64,000 bases of DNA. It comes from Candidatus Acidiferrales bacterium (GTDB lineage: Bacteria; Acidobacteriota; Terriglobia; Acidiferrales; UBA7541). Numbering within the stretch: position 1 is the stretch's first letter; each line of letters opens with the position of its first letter. The notes beneath the pieces were generated by a model. The model was given only the letters and a program-made list of their open reading frames with translations. It had not been told where the DNA came from and made no database searches. The translations under genes were made by a program, and so were the position numbers. The DNA lies in the NCBI GenBank assembly GCA_049523255.1, contig JBEKNB010000002.1:157867-221866 (forward strand), written 5' to 3'. Of the stretch, positions 9,597-19,184 are shown one piece after another.

Positions 9597-9944
9597 GTGG
9601 CACTGCGAATGACGGATCGGGAAGTGAGCGGGGTGAACGTACTCGATATCGAGGGACGCATCGTCCTTGGCGAGGAGAGCAACTCCTTCCGCGAAAAAGT
9701 AAAGGGCCTGCTGGCGGCGGGCAAGAAGAAGATCGTGCTGAACCTCGCCCAGGTGAGCTACATCGACAGCGCGGGCCTGGGCACGTTGGTGGCGACGTTC
9801 CACAGCGCGCGTTCACAGGGTGCGACGTTGAAGCTGACGAACCTCGGATCGAAATTCAAGGAAGTGCTGCAAGTGACGAAGCTGATGACGGTCTTCGACA
9901 CATACGACAGCGAAACGGCCGCGATCCAGAGCTTCGGGAGCTAG
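9597..9944 (+). CDS. STAS-domain anti-sigma-factor antagonist (SpoIIAA-like)
   Basis: 115 aa with the motif VSYIDSAGLGTLV containing the phosphorylatable Ser. GTG start with a GGGAGG RBS 7 nt upstream. Confidence 0.85.
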   Translation: MALRMTDREVSGVNVLDIEGRIVLGEESNSFREKVKGLLAAGKKKIVLNLAQVSYIDSAGLGTLVATFHSARSQGATLKLTNLGSKFKEVLQVTKLMTVFDTYDSETAAIQSFGS

Positions 9945-9969
9945 AGGCTAGCTGGCTCTGTTGAAGTGA

Positions 9970-10066
9970 CGCCGAAGAGAGATTCTTCGACTTCGTGCGC
10001 CGACATTCGCTGCGCTCCTGCGGAGCGGATGAAAATGCGACATCGGCGCACTTCGCTCAGAATGAC
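9970..10066 (+). repeat. structured intergenic repeat, family A, copy 3 (different core)
   Basis: Same ends (GCCGAAGAGAGATTCTTCGAC ... CTTCGCTCAGAATGAC) but the core is a different long hairpin (GTGCGCCGA...TCGGCGCAC with inner GCTCC-tgc-GGAGC). It lies between convergent gene ends. Confidence 0.75.
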
Positions 10067-10122
10067 GGATCGTGACGCGTTTCCCCCGAACAACCACGGC
10101 GACACCCGCCAGAACGAGGATG

Positions 10123-11487
10123 TCAGGAGCCGTTGCCCAGGCATCCTTCCACGCGAAAGATGGTAATTCCGCTCAGGAGCTTGGGATAGAAGTCCGTGGA
10201 TTTCTGCGGCATGACGTCGCCTCCGAGAGCGATATCGACGACTTGCTTCACGGGCACCGGGTTCAAGAGAAACGCGATCTGAGCGTCGCCGCGGTCGACG
10301 GCTGCCAGGGCCACGTCCATTTCGCGCTCATACCGGATGTTCCTCTCCGCCGTCACATCCTCCGCCGTAATTCCGAGGCCTTTTTCCAGGATCAGGCGGT
10401 GCAGCAGAACGACATCGAGGCCGTGCTGCGCCGGCGAGACATCAGGCAGCGCGTCCTCAAGATCGACGCCGCGGCGCAGCACGAAAAGATAGAAGGCAGC
10501 GCCTCCCCTCGCGGCACCGGCGTAGACGCCGATCGCGCGCCGGCCGTGGCTCGGTCTTTCGAGGTCCTTGCGAAACTCGGTAAAGCTTGTCTGGCGCTCC
10601 TCGGCGTCCGCGAAGGGGTAGGAATACCAGTCAAAGTAAGGATCGAGGGCCTTGCGGAAGCGGTCGAAATCGAAATTCGCGAGATTGGCGGCGAGGCGGT
10701 GCGTGGGCAGAATGACCAGGCCCTGCGAATGCGTGTTGATGAACGTGGCCATGGCAAACTCATGCGCGGCGAGCGGATCGGTCTTGCCCGCGCGTGCGCG
10801 GCACTCGTTGCGATAGTTGAGCGCGGTTTCATAGCGATGATGGCCGTCTGCAATCACGAGTTTTTTCGGGGCCATCGCTTTGCGAATGCGCTCGACGAAT
10901 GCGGGATCAGAAACGGGCCACAGACGGTGCGTCACGCCATATTCATCGCACAGTTCGAGCGGGGAGTTCGTCCGGGCAGCTTGCTCGAGCAAGGAGTCAA
11001 TCTGTCGCGCGGGATCGTCGTATAGAAAGAAAAGCTGGCCGGTTTGAACGCGCGTGCGGCGCAGCAGCTCGATGCGGTCGGCTTTGGGAGCGGAGAGCGT
11101 GCGCTCGTGCCGGAAGACGACGTGGGCGTCGTAGTCCTCGACGCGCGCGAGCGCAATGAAGCCGGTGCGCACGCGGCGCGCATGCGTGCCGGGGACTTCA
11201 AATTCCTGCGAATAGATATAGATGCCAGGGGCCGCGTCCTGGACGAGAACTTGCGCGGCAATCCATTCGTCGACGGTCCGCGCGGCGCGCATATAGACAT
11301 TGTTTTCCGGCGAATCATCGGGTTGCGCGCGACCCTTCTCGATGGCGATCAAGTTGTAGGGACTCGAGGCGTAGTAGCGGTCCTGCATCGCCGGGGTGAT
11401 TTTGTCGTACGGTTGCGTGAGTACGTCCTTGAGAGCGACGCGGTTCGCATCGTAGCGGTATGCGCGAAAGGGCTGGATTTCTGCCAT
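10123..11487 (-). CDS. DUF1015-family protein
   Basis: 454 aa. The N-terminus MAEIQPFRAYRYD...LTQPYDKI and the internal ADGHHRYETAL motif match my memory of DUF1015. Confidence 0.75.
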   Translation of the reverse strand: MAEIQPFRAYRYDANRVALKDVLTQPYDKITPAMQDRYYASSPYNLIAIEKGRAQPDDSPENNVYMRAARTVDEWIAAQVLVQDAAPGIYIYSQEFEVPGTHARRVRTGFIALARVEDYDAHVVFRHERTLSAPKADRIELLRRTRVQTGQLFFLYDDPARQIDSLLEQAARTNSPLELCDEYGVTHRLWPVSDPAFVERIRKAMAPKKLVIADGHHRYETALNYRNECRARAGKTDPLAAHEFAMATFINTHSQGLVILPTHRLAANLANFDFDRFRKALDPYFDWYSYPFADAEERQTSFTEFRKDLERPSHGRRAIGVYAGAARGGAAFYLFVLRRGVDLEDALPDVSPAQHGLDVVLLHRLILEKGLGITAEDVTAERNIRYEREMDVALAAVDRGDAQIAFLLNPVPVKQVVDIALGGDVMPQKSTDFYPKLLSGITIFRVEGCLGNGS

Positions 11488-11576
11488 CGTGGCCTCGGAG
11501 CGAATTCTGAGCGTTGTCGAAACGGGATATTGTAACAGCGGGGCGCGCGGTCCAAAAGCGGATCGCAGCCCGACGA

Positions 11577-11948
11577 TCAGGAAGATTGCCAGAATTCGGG
11601 GACGGGGCCGGGGAAGGCGACGCCGATGCGCGCCTTACTGCGGCCGCGCTTGCTGACGTGAACGACGCGGCATTCCTGTTCGGCCTGGTTGCACGTGTTG
11701 GTGAGATAGAGCCGCTGGCCGCGTGCGACGGCCGTCTCGAGCGCCAGCAGGCAACCGGTCTCTCCGGCGTTGATGGTTTCGGCGCCCTCGTGGAAGGGCT
11801 GCTTATCGGCGCCGGAGCCGTAGACGAGGACGGGCACGGCCTGGTCTTGGCGCGGACTTCTGCGCCGGTCGAGGTCGCTCGTCGCGCTGGCCCCCGCGCG
11901 CGACCTCAACTGCTGAGCACGTTTCAATGCCTCCCAAATGCGGCTCAC
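11577..11948 (-). CDS. small PilZ-like domain protein
   Basis: 123 aa with RRRSPR (RxxxR-like) followed about 30 aa later by N-A-G-E-T-G (D/NxSxxG-like). Confidence 0.5.
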   Translation of the reverse strand: MSRIWEALKRAQQLRSRAGASATSDLDRRRSPRQDQAVPVLVYGSGADKQPFHEGAETINAGETGCLLALETAVARGQRLYLTNTCNQAEQECRVVHVSKRGRSKARIGVAFPGPVPEFWQSS

Positions 11949-12138
11949 GGCAATCGTTCCCCAAGGCTGCCGGCCTGCTTCGCCTATGCGCTAACAATAG
12001 CGTTCCGGGCGGGCGCGGGGGAAAAAGGCTGGAGCGGGTTTTCGTTGTAGTAACGGGAGAGCCCTCAGGGGCCGCAACCCTCGGAATCGGCAAGGTGACA
12101 GGCAGAGGGGTGCCACATAGAATGAGTAAGGATTCAGA

Positions 12139-12882
12139 ATGGAGAGCAGCTCGGACGGTGGAAGGATGACGACAGAAAACGATTCCGGCTCTCACGGCAG
12201 AAATGGCGAACGTTTTGCGGGCGTGCGGGCCGTGATTTTCGATCTTGACGGCACGCTGATCGACTCGAAAGTCGATCTGGCGCTTTCGGTTAACGCGATG
12301 CGGCGGCACATGGGCCGCGCAACGCTGGCGGACGAGACGATTTTCGGCTACGTAGGAGACGGCGCGCCTGCGCTCGTGCGACGGGCACTCGGCGAAGGCG
12401 CTTCCGATGGGGAAGTTGAAAAGGGGCTCGCCTATTTTCTTTCGTATTACCGCGAGCACATGCTCGACAATACCGTTGTATATCCGGGTGTGCGCGAGGG
12501 TCTGGAACTCCTGAAGGATCGCGCGCTCGCCGTGTTGACCAACAAGCCAGTGAGGTTCAGCCAGGCGATTCTCGAAGGCCTGAGGCTCGCAAGCTATTTT
12601 CGTCACGTGTACGGAGGGAACAGCTTCGCCACGAAAAAGCCCGATCCGATGGGGGCCAACGTACTGTTACGTGAGTTCGGAACGGCACCGCGCGAGGCGA
12701 TGATCGTCGGTGACTCGGATGTGGACGTGCGGACCGCGCGAAACGCGGGAACGTGGGCTTGCGGCGTGAGCTACGGTTTCGGCTTCGACGGGCTACGCGT
12801 GCATCCGCCGGACTTGATGCTGGACAACCTAGCCGAGCTCCCTTCGTATCTGATCGAAAGTGGGACCCGGCGCAGCGCCTGA
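12139..12882 (+). CDS. HAD-superfamily phosphatase (phosphoglycolate phosphatase-like)
   Basis: Motif I is FDLDGTLIDS and a late motif is VGDSDVDVRTARNAG. AAGGA RBS before the ATG at 12139. An alternative start is at 12166. Confidence 0.75.
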   Translation: MESSSDGGRMTTENDSGSHGRNGERFAGVRAVIFDLDGTLIDSKVDLALSVNAMRRHMGRATLADETIFGYVGDGAPALVRRALGEGASDGEVEKGLAYFLSYYREHMLDNTVVYPGVREGLELLKDRALAVLTNKPVRFSQAILEGLRLASYFRHVYGGNSFATKKPDPMGANVLLREFGTAPREAMIVGDSDVDVRTARNAGTWACGVSYGFGFDGLRVHPPDLMLDNLAELPSYLIESGTRRSA

Positions 12883-12982
12883 ACCGCATCTGCTGTCTCG
12901 CTTGCGCGTTTCAAGTGCTTCGGGAACTGGCCGGGGAACCTTTGGCTGGCGAAATGGACGAAGCTGGAGTCGAGGAGTACGG

Positions 12983-14056
12983 ATGATCTCACGTGGGTTG
13001 ATCGGCTGGATAGTGGCGCTCGTTGCGATTGCGTGCGCGGCGTGGTTTGCCTACACACGTTATTTCAGAATTCCGACGAATGTGGCGTACGTAACGGAGG
13101 AAGACGGCGGGATCAGCGTCATTGATTTGAACAAACTGGAAGTGGTGAAGAGGGTCCATCCCCAAGACGTGGCGCCGCGAGGGCTTGGCATCACGCTGGA
13201 TGGAAAATTCCTGGTGACGGCAGACAAGGACACGGCGGACGCCGCAGTGTTCGATACGCGCAGGCTGAAGCTGGTCGACCGGCTGCGCCTTGGCGACAAT
13301 CCTGAGTTCGTCAAAATCAATCCGAGCGGGACATCATTCTTTATTTCGTACGAGCCGGGTTCGTCAGGGGGGCCACCGAAAGAGGCGGCGATTGGCGAAG
13401 CGGACGAAGACGAAAACGAGCCGCCGGCGGAGATCATCACGTTGCATGCGCCGGATTGGTCGATCGGGCGGAGCTTTATAGCCGGCAAGGAGACCGAAGG
13501 GATCGAGTTCTCGCCGGATGGAAAGCAGTTGGTTGTGGCGAACGAGGCGCAGAATACTCTCGGCGTCTTTGAGGTTGAATCGGGGAAGCTTCTGCGCGAG
13601 ATCGACTTGAAGTCATACGGGCGGCGGCCGCGCGGAGTGAAAGTTTCGCCGCAGGGGAATTCCTACGCGGTCACGATGGAGGGATCGGGGACGCTGCTGT
13701 CGCTCGACCAGAATCTCAACGTGACGCGTTCGGCGGCAACCGGGGCCAAGCCCTACGGCGTGGCGTTTGACCGCGAAGGGAAGCGGATATTCGTGGCGGC
13801 GGCCGCAGCGCGAAAGCTTCAGGTATTTTCCGCGGACTCGCTGCAACTGCTGGGAGAGACGCCCGTGGGCCAGCGCTGCTGGCACTTCAGCCTCACGCCG
13901 GACGATTCGAAGATTCTGCTGGCGTGCGGGCGGTCGAACAACGTCTACGTGATCGACGCAAAGTCGTATCAGCCGATCAAGACGATCGGGGGATTTCAGA
14001 CTCCGTGGGGCATCGTGACCTATCCCCGCGCCTACGGGAGCCTCGGCCTGCCGTGA
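12983..14056 (+). CDS. YVTN-type beta-propeller repeat protein with N-terminal membrane anchor
   Basis: The start was moved to ATG 12983, which has an RBS and is followed by a TM helix (MISRGLIGWIVALVAIACAAWFAY). The repeated pattern (YVTEEDGGISVID...P.G....DGK.L.V) is typical of YVTN / cytochrome-D1-like propellers. Confidence 0.7.
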   Translation: MISRGLIGWIVALVAIACAAWFAYTRYFRIPTNVAYVTEEDGGISVIDLNKLEVVKRVHPQDVAPRGLGITLDGKFLVTADKDTADAAVFDTRRLKLVDRLRLGDNPEFVKINPSGTSFFISYEPGSSGGPPKEAAIGEADEDENEPPAEIITLHAPDWSIGRSFIAGKETEGIEFSPDGKQLVVANEAQNTLGVFEVESGKLLREIDLKSYGRRPRGVKVSPQGNSYAVTMEGSGTLLSLDQNLNVTRSAATGAKPYGVAFDREGKRIFVAAAAARKLQVFSADSLQLLGETPVGQRCWHFSLTPDDSKILLACGRSNNVYVIDAKSYQPIKTIGGFQTPWGIVTYPRAYGSLGLP

Positions 14057-14538
14057 TGCAGCCGGACCGTTACTTCTTCGCTGGCGTTTTTAGCGAGGAT
14101 GATTCTGTCGGGTCGTGCATCGCCCGCTGCTGCGCGGTCATATGTTCCGCAATCAGCTCCGCTGTAAAACGCTGATTGTGTCCGGGTCAACAATGATGGA
14201 CTGTGTGTGCCTCCGGGCTTGTTGGCGATGGGCTGCAGGCTTTGAGTCAGATCGCCAAGAACGTTGCTCGCGCTCTTTTTCTTAGTGCCACACTCCAGTT
14301 CAAGTCAGCGACCCGATGGTTCTTATAACTGAAAGATAGAAGGAGGCTTCGGGGCCTTCCTCCCGTGGTTGCCGGGATTTGGCAACCTGCGGATAAGCGC
14401 GAGGCCTGTGCATGTTTCTGGCGGCCATGTGGCAATGCGTTCTACTTGCTGGCGGCCCCCGATGTTCTAGAGCGGAGCGTCCTGGAAGGGCTAGGAATCC
14501 CTCCATCAGCCCGAAGTCGGTTCGAATGGTCCGGGCGC

Positions 14539-16950
14539 CTAAGGCACCGCCACGAACGAGCGCTGCTCCGCGGCAGCGACGCGGAGCGCCGTTTTGATCG
14601 CTGTATCCGGGTTCAGTGATATCGAGTCGATTTCCTGGTCCACCAGCCATTCCGCAAACTCCGGGAAATCGGACGGAGCCTGGCCGCAGATCCCGATGGG
14701 CTTTTTCGCTGCGTGAGCGGCGCGGATCGCCTGCGCGATCATGCGCCGCACTGCTTCGTTATTTTCGTCAAAGAGATGCGCCACGGTGCCCGAATCCCGA
14801 TCCAATCCAAGAGTGAGCTGCGTGAGGTCATTCGATCCAATAGAATACCCGTCGAAGATTTTCAGGAATTCGTCGGCCAGGATGACGTTCGCCGGAATTT
14901 CGCACATCGCATAGATTTCCCAGCCATCCTCATGCTGCTTTAGGTTGTTACGGCCCATGATGTCGATTACCTTTCGGCCTTCCTCAACGGTGCGGCAAAA
15001 CGGCACCATCACTTTCAGATTTTTCAGTCCCATCTTTCCGCGAACGCGCGCGAGGGCGGCGCATTCGAGCGCGAAGCCCGGCGAATAGCGGACGTCGTAG
15101 TACCGCGAGGCGCCGCGAAAGCCGAGCATCGGGTTTTCTTCCTTGGGCTCGAATTCCTCGCCGCCGAGCAGGCGTGCGTATTCGTTGGTCTTGAAGTCAC
15201 TCAAGCGGACAATCACCGGTTTGGGATAGAAAGCCGCGGTGATGCGACCGATGCCCTCGGCCAGGCGCCGGATGAAAAACTCGCGCGGGTCTTCGCCGGC
15301 GATCCGGCTCCGAATCTCGTTGACGGCTCCCGGGTTCTTCAAAGCCGGAAACTGCGCAAGGGCCATGGGGTGGATTCCAATGTGATTCGTTACGATGAAT
15401 TCCATCCGCACGAGCCCGACTCCCTCATTGGGAATGGCCGCAAGATGGAATGCTTGGCCAGGGTCGGCCAAAATCAGCATGACTTTCGTGCGGATTTTGG
15501 GCACGGCGCTTGATTCGACCTTCTCAATCTCAAACGGCAAGCGGCCGTCGTAAACGTGCCCTTCGCTTCCTTCCGAGCAGCAGACGGTTACATCCTTCCC
15601 GCTGGCGAGCACGCGAGTCGCATTGCCCGTACCCACGATGCAGGGAATGCCAAACTCCCGGGATACGATCGCCGCATGCGCCGTGCGGCCTCCCTGGTCC
15701 GTGACGATTGCAGCGACGCGCCGCATCACCGGCTCCCAATCGGGGTCGGTGTTCTCTGCCACCAACACCTCACCGGGTTGCACCTCTTGCAGCTTGCTGA
15801 CCGCCGTCACGACGTGCGCTCGCCCCACGCCGATCTTTTCTCCAACCGCCTGGCCCGTCACGAGCGGTGCGCCCGGTTTGGCTTTCAGGTGATAGACCTC
15901 GGCGACAGCATTTCTCAGTTTGGCCGAGTGCACCGTTTCGGGCCGAGCCTGCACGACGAACAGCTCGCCCGTTACTCCATCCTTGGCCCATTCGATATCC
16001 ATGGGCTCAGGATGATTGGCGAGCTTCGAATAGTGATCTTCGATCGCGCACGACCATCGCGCGAGCTGCAAAACTTCCGCATCGGACAGGCAATAGCGCG
16101 CCCGCGCGTCCGGAGGAGTGGCTTCACTACGCGTTGAGCGCGTCCCCGCCGCGTAGACGAGCCGAACTTCCTTCGATCCAAGCCGCCTTCCCACAATCGA
16201 TTCGTAACCTTCGCTTAAAGTGGGCTTGAACACGATCCATTCGTCCGGCGTCACCACGCCCTGAACGACGAGTTCGCCTAGCCCATAGGAGCCCGTGATC
16301 GTGACCACGTCGCGGAAACCCGATTCGGTGTCGAGGGTGAAGATTACACCGGAGCTAGCGAGGTCTGACCTGACCATGGGCATCACGCCAACGGAGAGCG
16401 CCACCTTGAGTTGGGAATAGCCTTGGCGCGCCCGATAGCTGATCGCACGATCCGTAAAAAGCGAAGCGAAGCACTGAAGCACTGCACGCAGCAACGCCTC
16501 TTCACCGCGTACGTTCAGAAATGTCTCCGCGGCTCCGGCGAACGATGCTTCCGGCAAATCCTCGGCGCTGGCCGAAGACCGCACGGCCAATTCCGGTTCG
16601 CGCCCAAGCCTTTTGGCCAGCTCCCGATAGGACCCGAGAATGGCCGATCGAAGAGCGTCCGGCAGCGGGGTGCCGAGAATCAGCGCTCGAGCCGCAAGGC
16701 CGGCTGCTGCCAGGTTTTCCAGGTTCTCCGGATCGAGGCCCGAAAAGATGGCTTCGAGCTTTTGACGCAGCCCTTGCTGTTCGAGCAGCAGCCAGTACGC
16801 ATCGGTCGTGATTGCAAAACCATCCAGCACGCCGATGCCCTTCGGTTTTAGAGCGCTGAATAGCTCGCCGAGCGACGCGTTCTTTCCGCCCACCCGCGGC
16901 ACGTCCTTCATGCGGATCCCGGAAAAACTCAAGGTCAAAGCTGTTGCCAT
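14539..16950 (-). CDS. ppsA: phosphoenolpyruvate synthase
   Basis: It aligns end to end by eye with E. coli PpsA (VGGKNASLGE, RSSATAEDLPEASFAG, GGRTAHAAIVSREFGIPC, GSNDLTQLTLGLDRDSG). The start was set at Met48 of the ORF (803 aa). Confidence 0.95.
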   Translation of the reverse strand: MATALTLSFSGIRMKDVPRVGGKNASLGELFSALKPKGIGVLDGFAITTDAYWLLLEQQGLRQKLEAIFSGLDPENLENLAAAGLAARALILGTPLPDALRSAILGSYRELAKRLGREPELAVRSSASAEDLPEASFAGAAETFLNVRGEEALLRAVLQCFASLFTDRAISYRARQGYSQLKVALSVGVMPMVRSDLASSGVIFTLDTESGFRDVVTITGSYGLGELVVQGVVTPDEWIVFKPTLSEGYESIVGRRLGSKEVRLVYAAGTRSTRSEATPPDARARYCLSDAEVLQLARWSCAIEDHYSKLANHPEPMDIEWAKDGVTGELFVVQARPETVHSAKLRNAVAEVYHLKAKPGAPLVTGQAVGEKIGVGRAHVVTAVSKLQEVQPGEVLVAENTDPDWEPVMRRVAAIVTDQGGRTAHAAIVSREFGIPCIVGTGNATRVLASGKDVTVCCSEGSEGHVYDGRLPFEIEKVESSAVPKIRTKVMLILADPGQAFHLAAIPNEGVGLVRMEFIVTNHIGIHPMALAQFPALKNPGAVNEIRSRIAGEDPREFFIRRLAEGIGRITAAFYPKPVIVRLSDFKTNEYARLLGGEEFEPKEENPMLGFRGASRYYDVRYSPGFALECAALARVRGKMGLKNLKVMVPFCRTVEEGRKVIDIMGRNNLKQHEDGWEIYAMCEIPANVILADEFLKIFDGYSIGSNDLTQLTLGLDRDSGTVAHLFDENNEAVRRMIAQAIRAAHAAKKPIGICGQAPSDFPEFAEWLVDQEIDSISLNPDTAIKTALRVAAAEQRSFVAVP

Positions 16951-17152
16951 GGCATCTCCTTCCGGTCGGGCACTCGTCCCTTGTATGCGTTCGACGTCGC
17001 TAGAACATTGTTTCTTGTCTCCGCTGCGGGTTCTGTGAGGCACGTCACACGGTTCGGCGGGAGCCGTGCCTGATCGGCAGTGCGACGCCACGACTTTAGA
17101 AACAGCCGACGGCGATCAAATGGAGAAGGGAACTGCAGAGGTTGGACATGTA

Positions 17153-17196
17153 TGAAGATAAGAAAGGGCGCTCCGAGGTTTAGCCTCAAAGCGCCC
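17153..17196 (-). terminator. rho-independent terminator after tRNA-fMet
   Basis: The minus strand reads GGGCGCT-tt-GAGG-ctaaa-CCTC-gg-AGCGCCC followed by TTTCTTATCTT. It starts 1-2 nt after the tRNA 3' end. Confidence 0.7.
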
Positions 17197-17197
17197 A

Positions 17198-17274
<77 letters not shown>

Positions 17275-17342
17275 ATTTCATGATAGCGGATGGGCGCAGC
17301 GCGGTCAAACGAATCCCGGCAAATCGGAATGGTTCGGGCGGC

Positions 17343-18251
17343 TTAGCGAGCCGTTGCGGACTCCACGAAGCTCAGCACAGAGTCGCCCAGCGGATCGCTC
17401 TCCGTGTTGACGGCCAGCATTCCGGACAAGTGTCCATGGCCGGCCAGCCACGCCAAACTCGGCAGCGCGTGCCGCTTTTCGACATAGGCGCTCAGGAGGC
17501 CGACGTACTGGCGCTTGAAATCGAGGGGATCGTATTCGGAGAGCGTCACCAGCAACGGCGTGGAGGATTCGCACAGCCCCGGAAGCGCCGAGCGTTCCGC
17601 GTAGACCGCAGGATCCTCGCCGAAATAGGCCTTGAACATGGGGTTCTTGTTCATCGTGTTCGTGTCGTAAAGGCCGGAAACGAGAATGGCTCCGGCAAGA
17701 GCCTTGCGGCTTGGGTTGGAGAATTGCGGCTGCGCGAGGAGTTGGGCCACGTGCGTGCCGCCCGCAGATTGACCCATCAGGAAGATGCGCCCGGGATCAC
17801 CGCCATAGCCGCCGATATTTTCCCAGAGCCAGCTCAGCGCCGCCGAGACGTCTTCCGAGCCGGCGGGCCAGGGATGCTTCGGCGCGAGGCGATGCGTCAT
17901 GTTCACGCCGACCAGACCGTGCCGAGCCGCCCAGACGCCGATGTTGTCGTAGAAGGGCATGCCAGGCATCGTCTTGTTGCCGCCGATAAATCCGCCGCCG
18001 TGAACGAAGACGAGAACCGGTCGCGCAGCCTTCGCGGCGCCTTTTGCCCGGAAGATGTCGAGACGATGGCGTTCGTCGGGGCCGTAGGCGAGGTCGCGAG
18101 CCACGTCGACATCCGGGAACGGCGCCTGTGCGTGCAGGCCCGCGAAAAGCTTCAGGTTCTCGCCGATAATTTCCGGAGTGAAGGCGTCGCCGAACTCCCG
18201 GAGCTTCCTGTGAATTTCGGCGACAGCCGGAGACTTCGCTTGCGATGCCAT
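17343..18251 (-). CDS. alpha/beta hydrolase (carboxylesterase/lipase type)
   Basis: HGGGF oxyanion motif (VFVHGGGFIGG) and nucleophile elbow GQSAGG. The start was set at ATG 18251, behind a GGAGG RBS. Confidence 0.8.
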   Translation of the reverse strand: MASQAKSPAVAEIHRKLREFGDAFTPEIIGENLKLFAGLHAQAPFPDVDVARDLAYGPDERHRLDIFRAKGAAKAARPVLVFVHGGGFIGGNKTMPGMPFYDNIGVWAARHGLVGVNMTHRLAPKHPWPAGSEDVSAALSWLWENIGGYGGDPGRIFLMGQSAGGTHVAQLLAQPQFSNPSRKALAGAILVSGLYDTNTMNKNPMFKAYFGEDPAVYAERSALPGLCESSTPLLVTLSEYDPLDFKRQYVGLLSAYVEKRHALPSLAWLAGHGHLSGMLAVNTESDPLGDSVLSFVESATAR

Positions 18252-18421
18252 ACAGCCTCCTTCGGATTTCGGGTGTTCCTCGTACCATCCACGCACGGGC
18301 CGGGCCGAATATTGCAATAATTGATTCGCGCGCATACTATCCCCACCAGGCCGGACGATGCAAGAAGGTCGGCGGCCGCGAGATTCTCCGACACGAAATT
18401 CGACACGAAGGAGGCGCCGCC

Positions 18422-18943
18422 ATGCCGGATTCGAATGAGAAGCTTTCGGTGGAAGACCGGCTCGACATCATCGAGCTATTCGCCAAGTACGCGTGGGGCA
18501 TAAATACAGGCGACATCGAGGCTGTCTTAGGTTGTTTTGCAGAGGACGGCTATCTGGACCACTTGTGGCAGGGAAAGCTGCAGGGGCACGACAAAATACG
18601 CCGCGCGTTCGAGGAGCTGTGGTATGACCGGCCGAGCTGGTGGTTCGGGCGGCAGCACCTGGCGAACCATTTCCTGATCACGCGCGAGGGCGAAGGCGCG
18701 CGCGTGAAGGCTTACTTCACGATCGTGCAATTCAATGTGGATTACCGGACGAATTTCGTGTTTGGCATCGGGAACTGGGACAATTTTTGCGTAAAGAGAA
18801 ACGGCAAGTGGGTGTTCATGTCCATGTTCATCAACGGCTGGACCGATCGGGATAAAGTGCCGTGGCGCGGCGATGCGCGGGCGTACAGCGGGCCGCCGGT
18901 GACGCGGGTGCATCAGGAGACGGTTTCGTCGAAGGGCGATTAG
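18422..18943 (+). CDS. SnoaL-like / NTF2-superfamily protein
   Basis: 173 aa from ATG 18422, with a GAAGGAGG RBS. The N-terminal LSVEDRLDIIELFAKYAWGINTGD pattern is typical of SnoaL-like domains. Confidence 0.65.
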   Translation: MPDSNEKLSVEDRLDIIELFAKYAWGINTGDIEAVLGCFAEDGYLDHLWQGKLQGHDKIRRAFEELWYDRPSWWFGRQHLANHFLITREGEGARVKAYFTIVQFNVDYRTNFVFGIGNWDNFCVKRNGKWVFMSMFINGWTDRDKVPWRGDARAYSGPPVTRVHQETVSSKGD

Positions 18944-19024
18944 GCGCGGAGCGCGGCGTCCACGCTACGTAATCAAGCCGAATCCGCGCCAGTGATGGCA
19001 TCGGTCTGGGTTGCGCAGAAAAAC

Positions 19025-19061
19025 GGACGCCGCTCCGTCGGGAACCGACGGAGCGGCGTCC
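19025..19061 (-). terminator. strong hairpin between convergent genes
   Basis: Perfect 17-bp stem GGACGCCGCTCCGTCGG / CCGACGGAGCGGCGTCC with a 3-nt loop. On the minus strand it is followed by GTTTTTCTG. Confidence 0.6.
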
Positions 19062-19096
19062 GTTGGGTGGTGGGGCTCTTCGTTTTCGTTCGCGCC

Positions 19097-19133
19097 GGTG
19101 GCTGGCCGAATCGTTCAGATTCGGCCAGCCACC
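19097..19133 (+). terminator. second strong hairpin between convergent genes
   Basis: Perfect 16-bp stem GGTGGCTGGCCGAATC / GATTCGGCCAGCCACC with a 5-nt loop. The plus strand continues CTTGAAGGTTCTTTTGT. Confidence 0.5.
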
Positions 19134-19184
19134 CTTGAAGGTTCTTTTGTCGATCCGCAGCAAGCCTCGCCGCGGGTACCACTC

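Noticed and set aside
14505-14540. GGTTCGAAT T-loop-like string just downstream of ppsA, a possible tRNA or tmRNA 3' end
   Set aside because: The flanks do not form a T-stem (GTCGG versus GGTCC are not complementary). I could not build an acceptor stem or anticodon arm on either strand.
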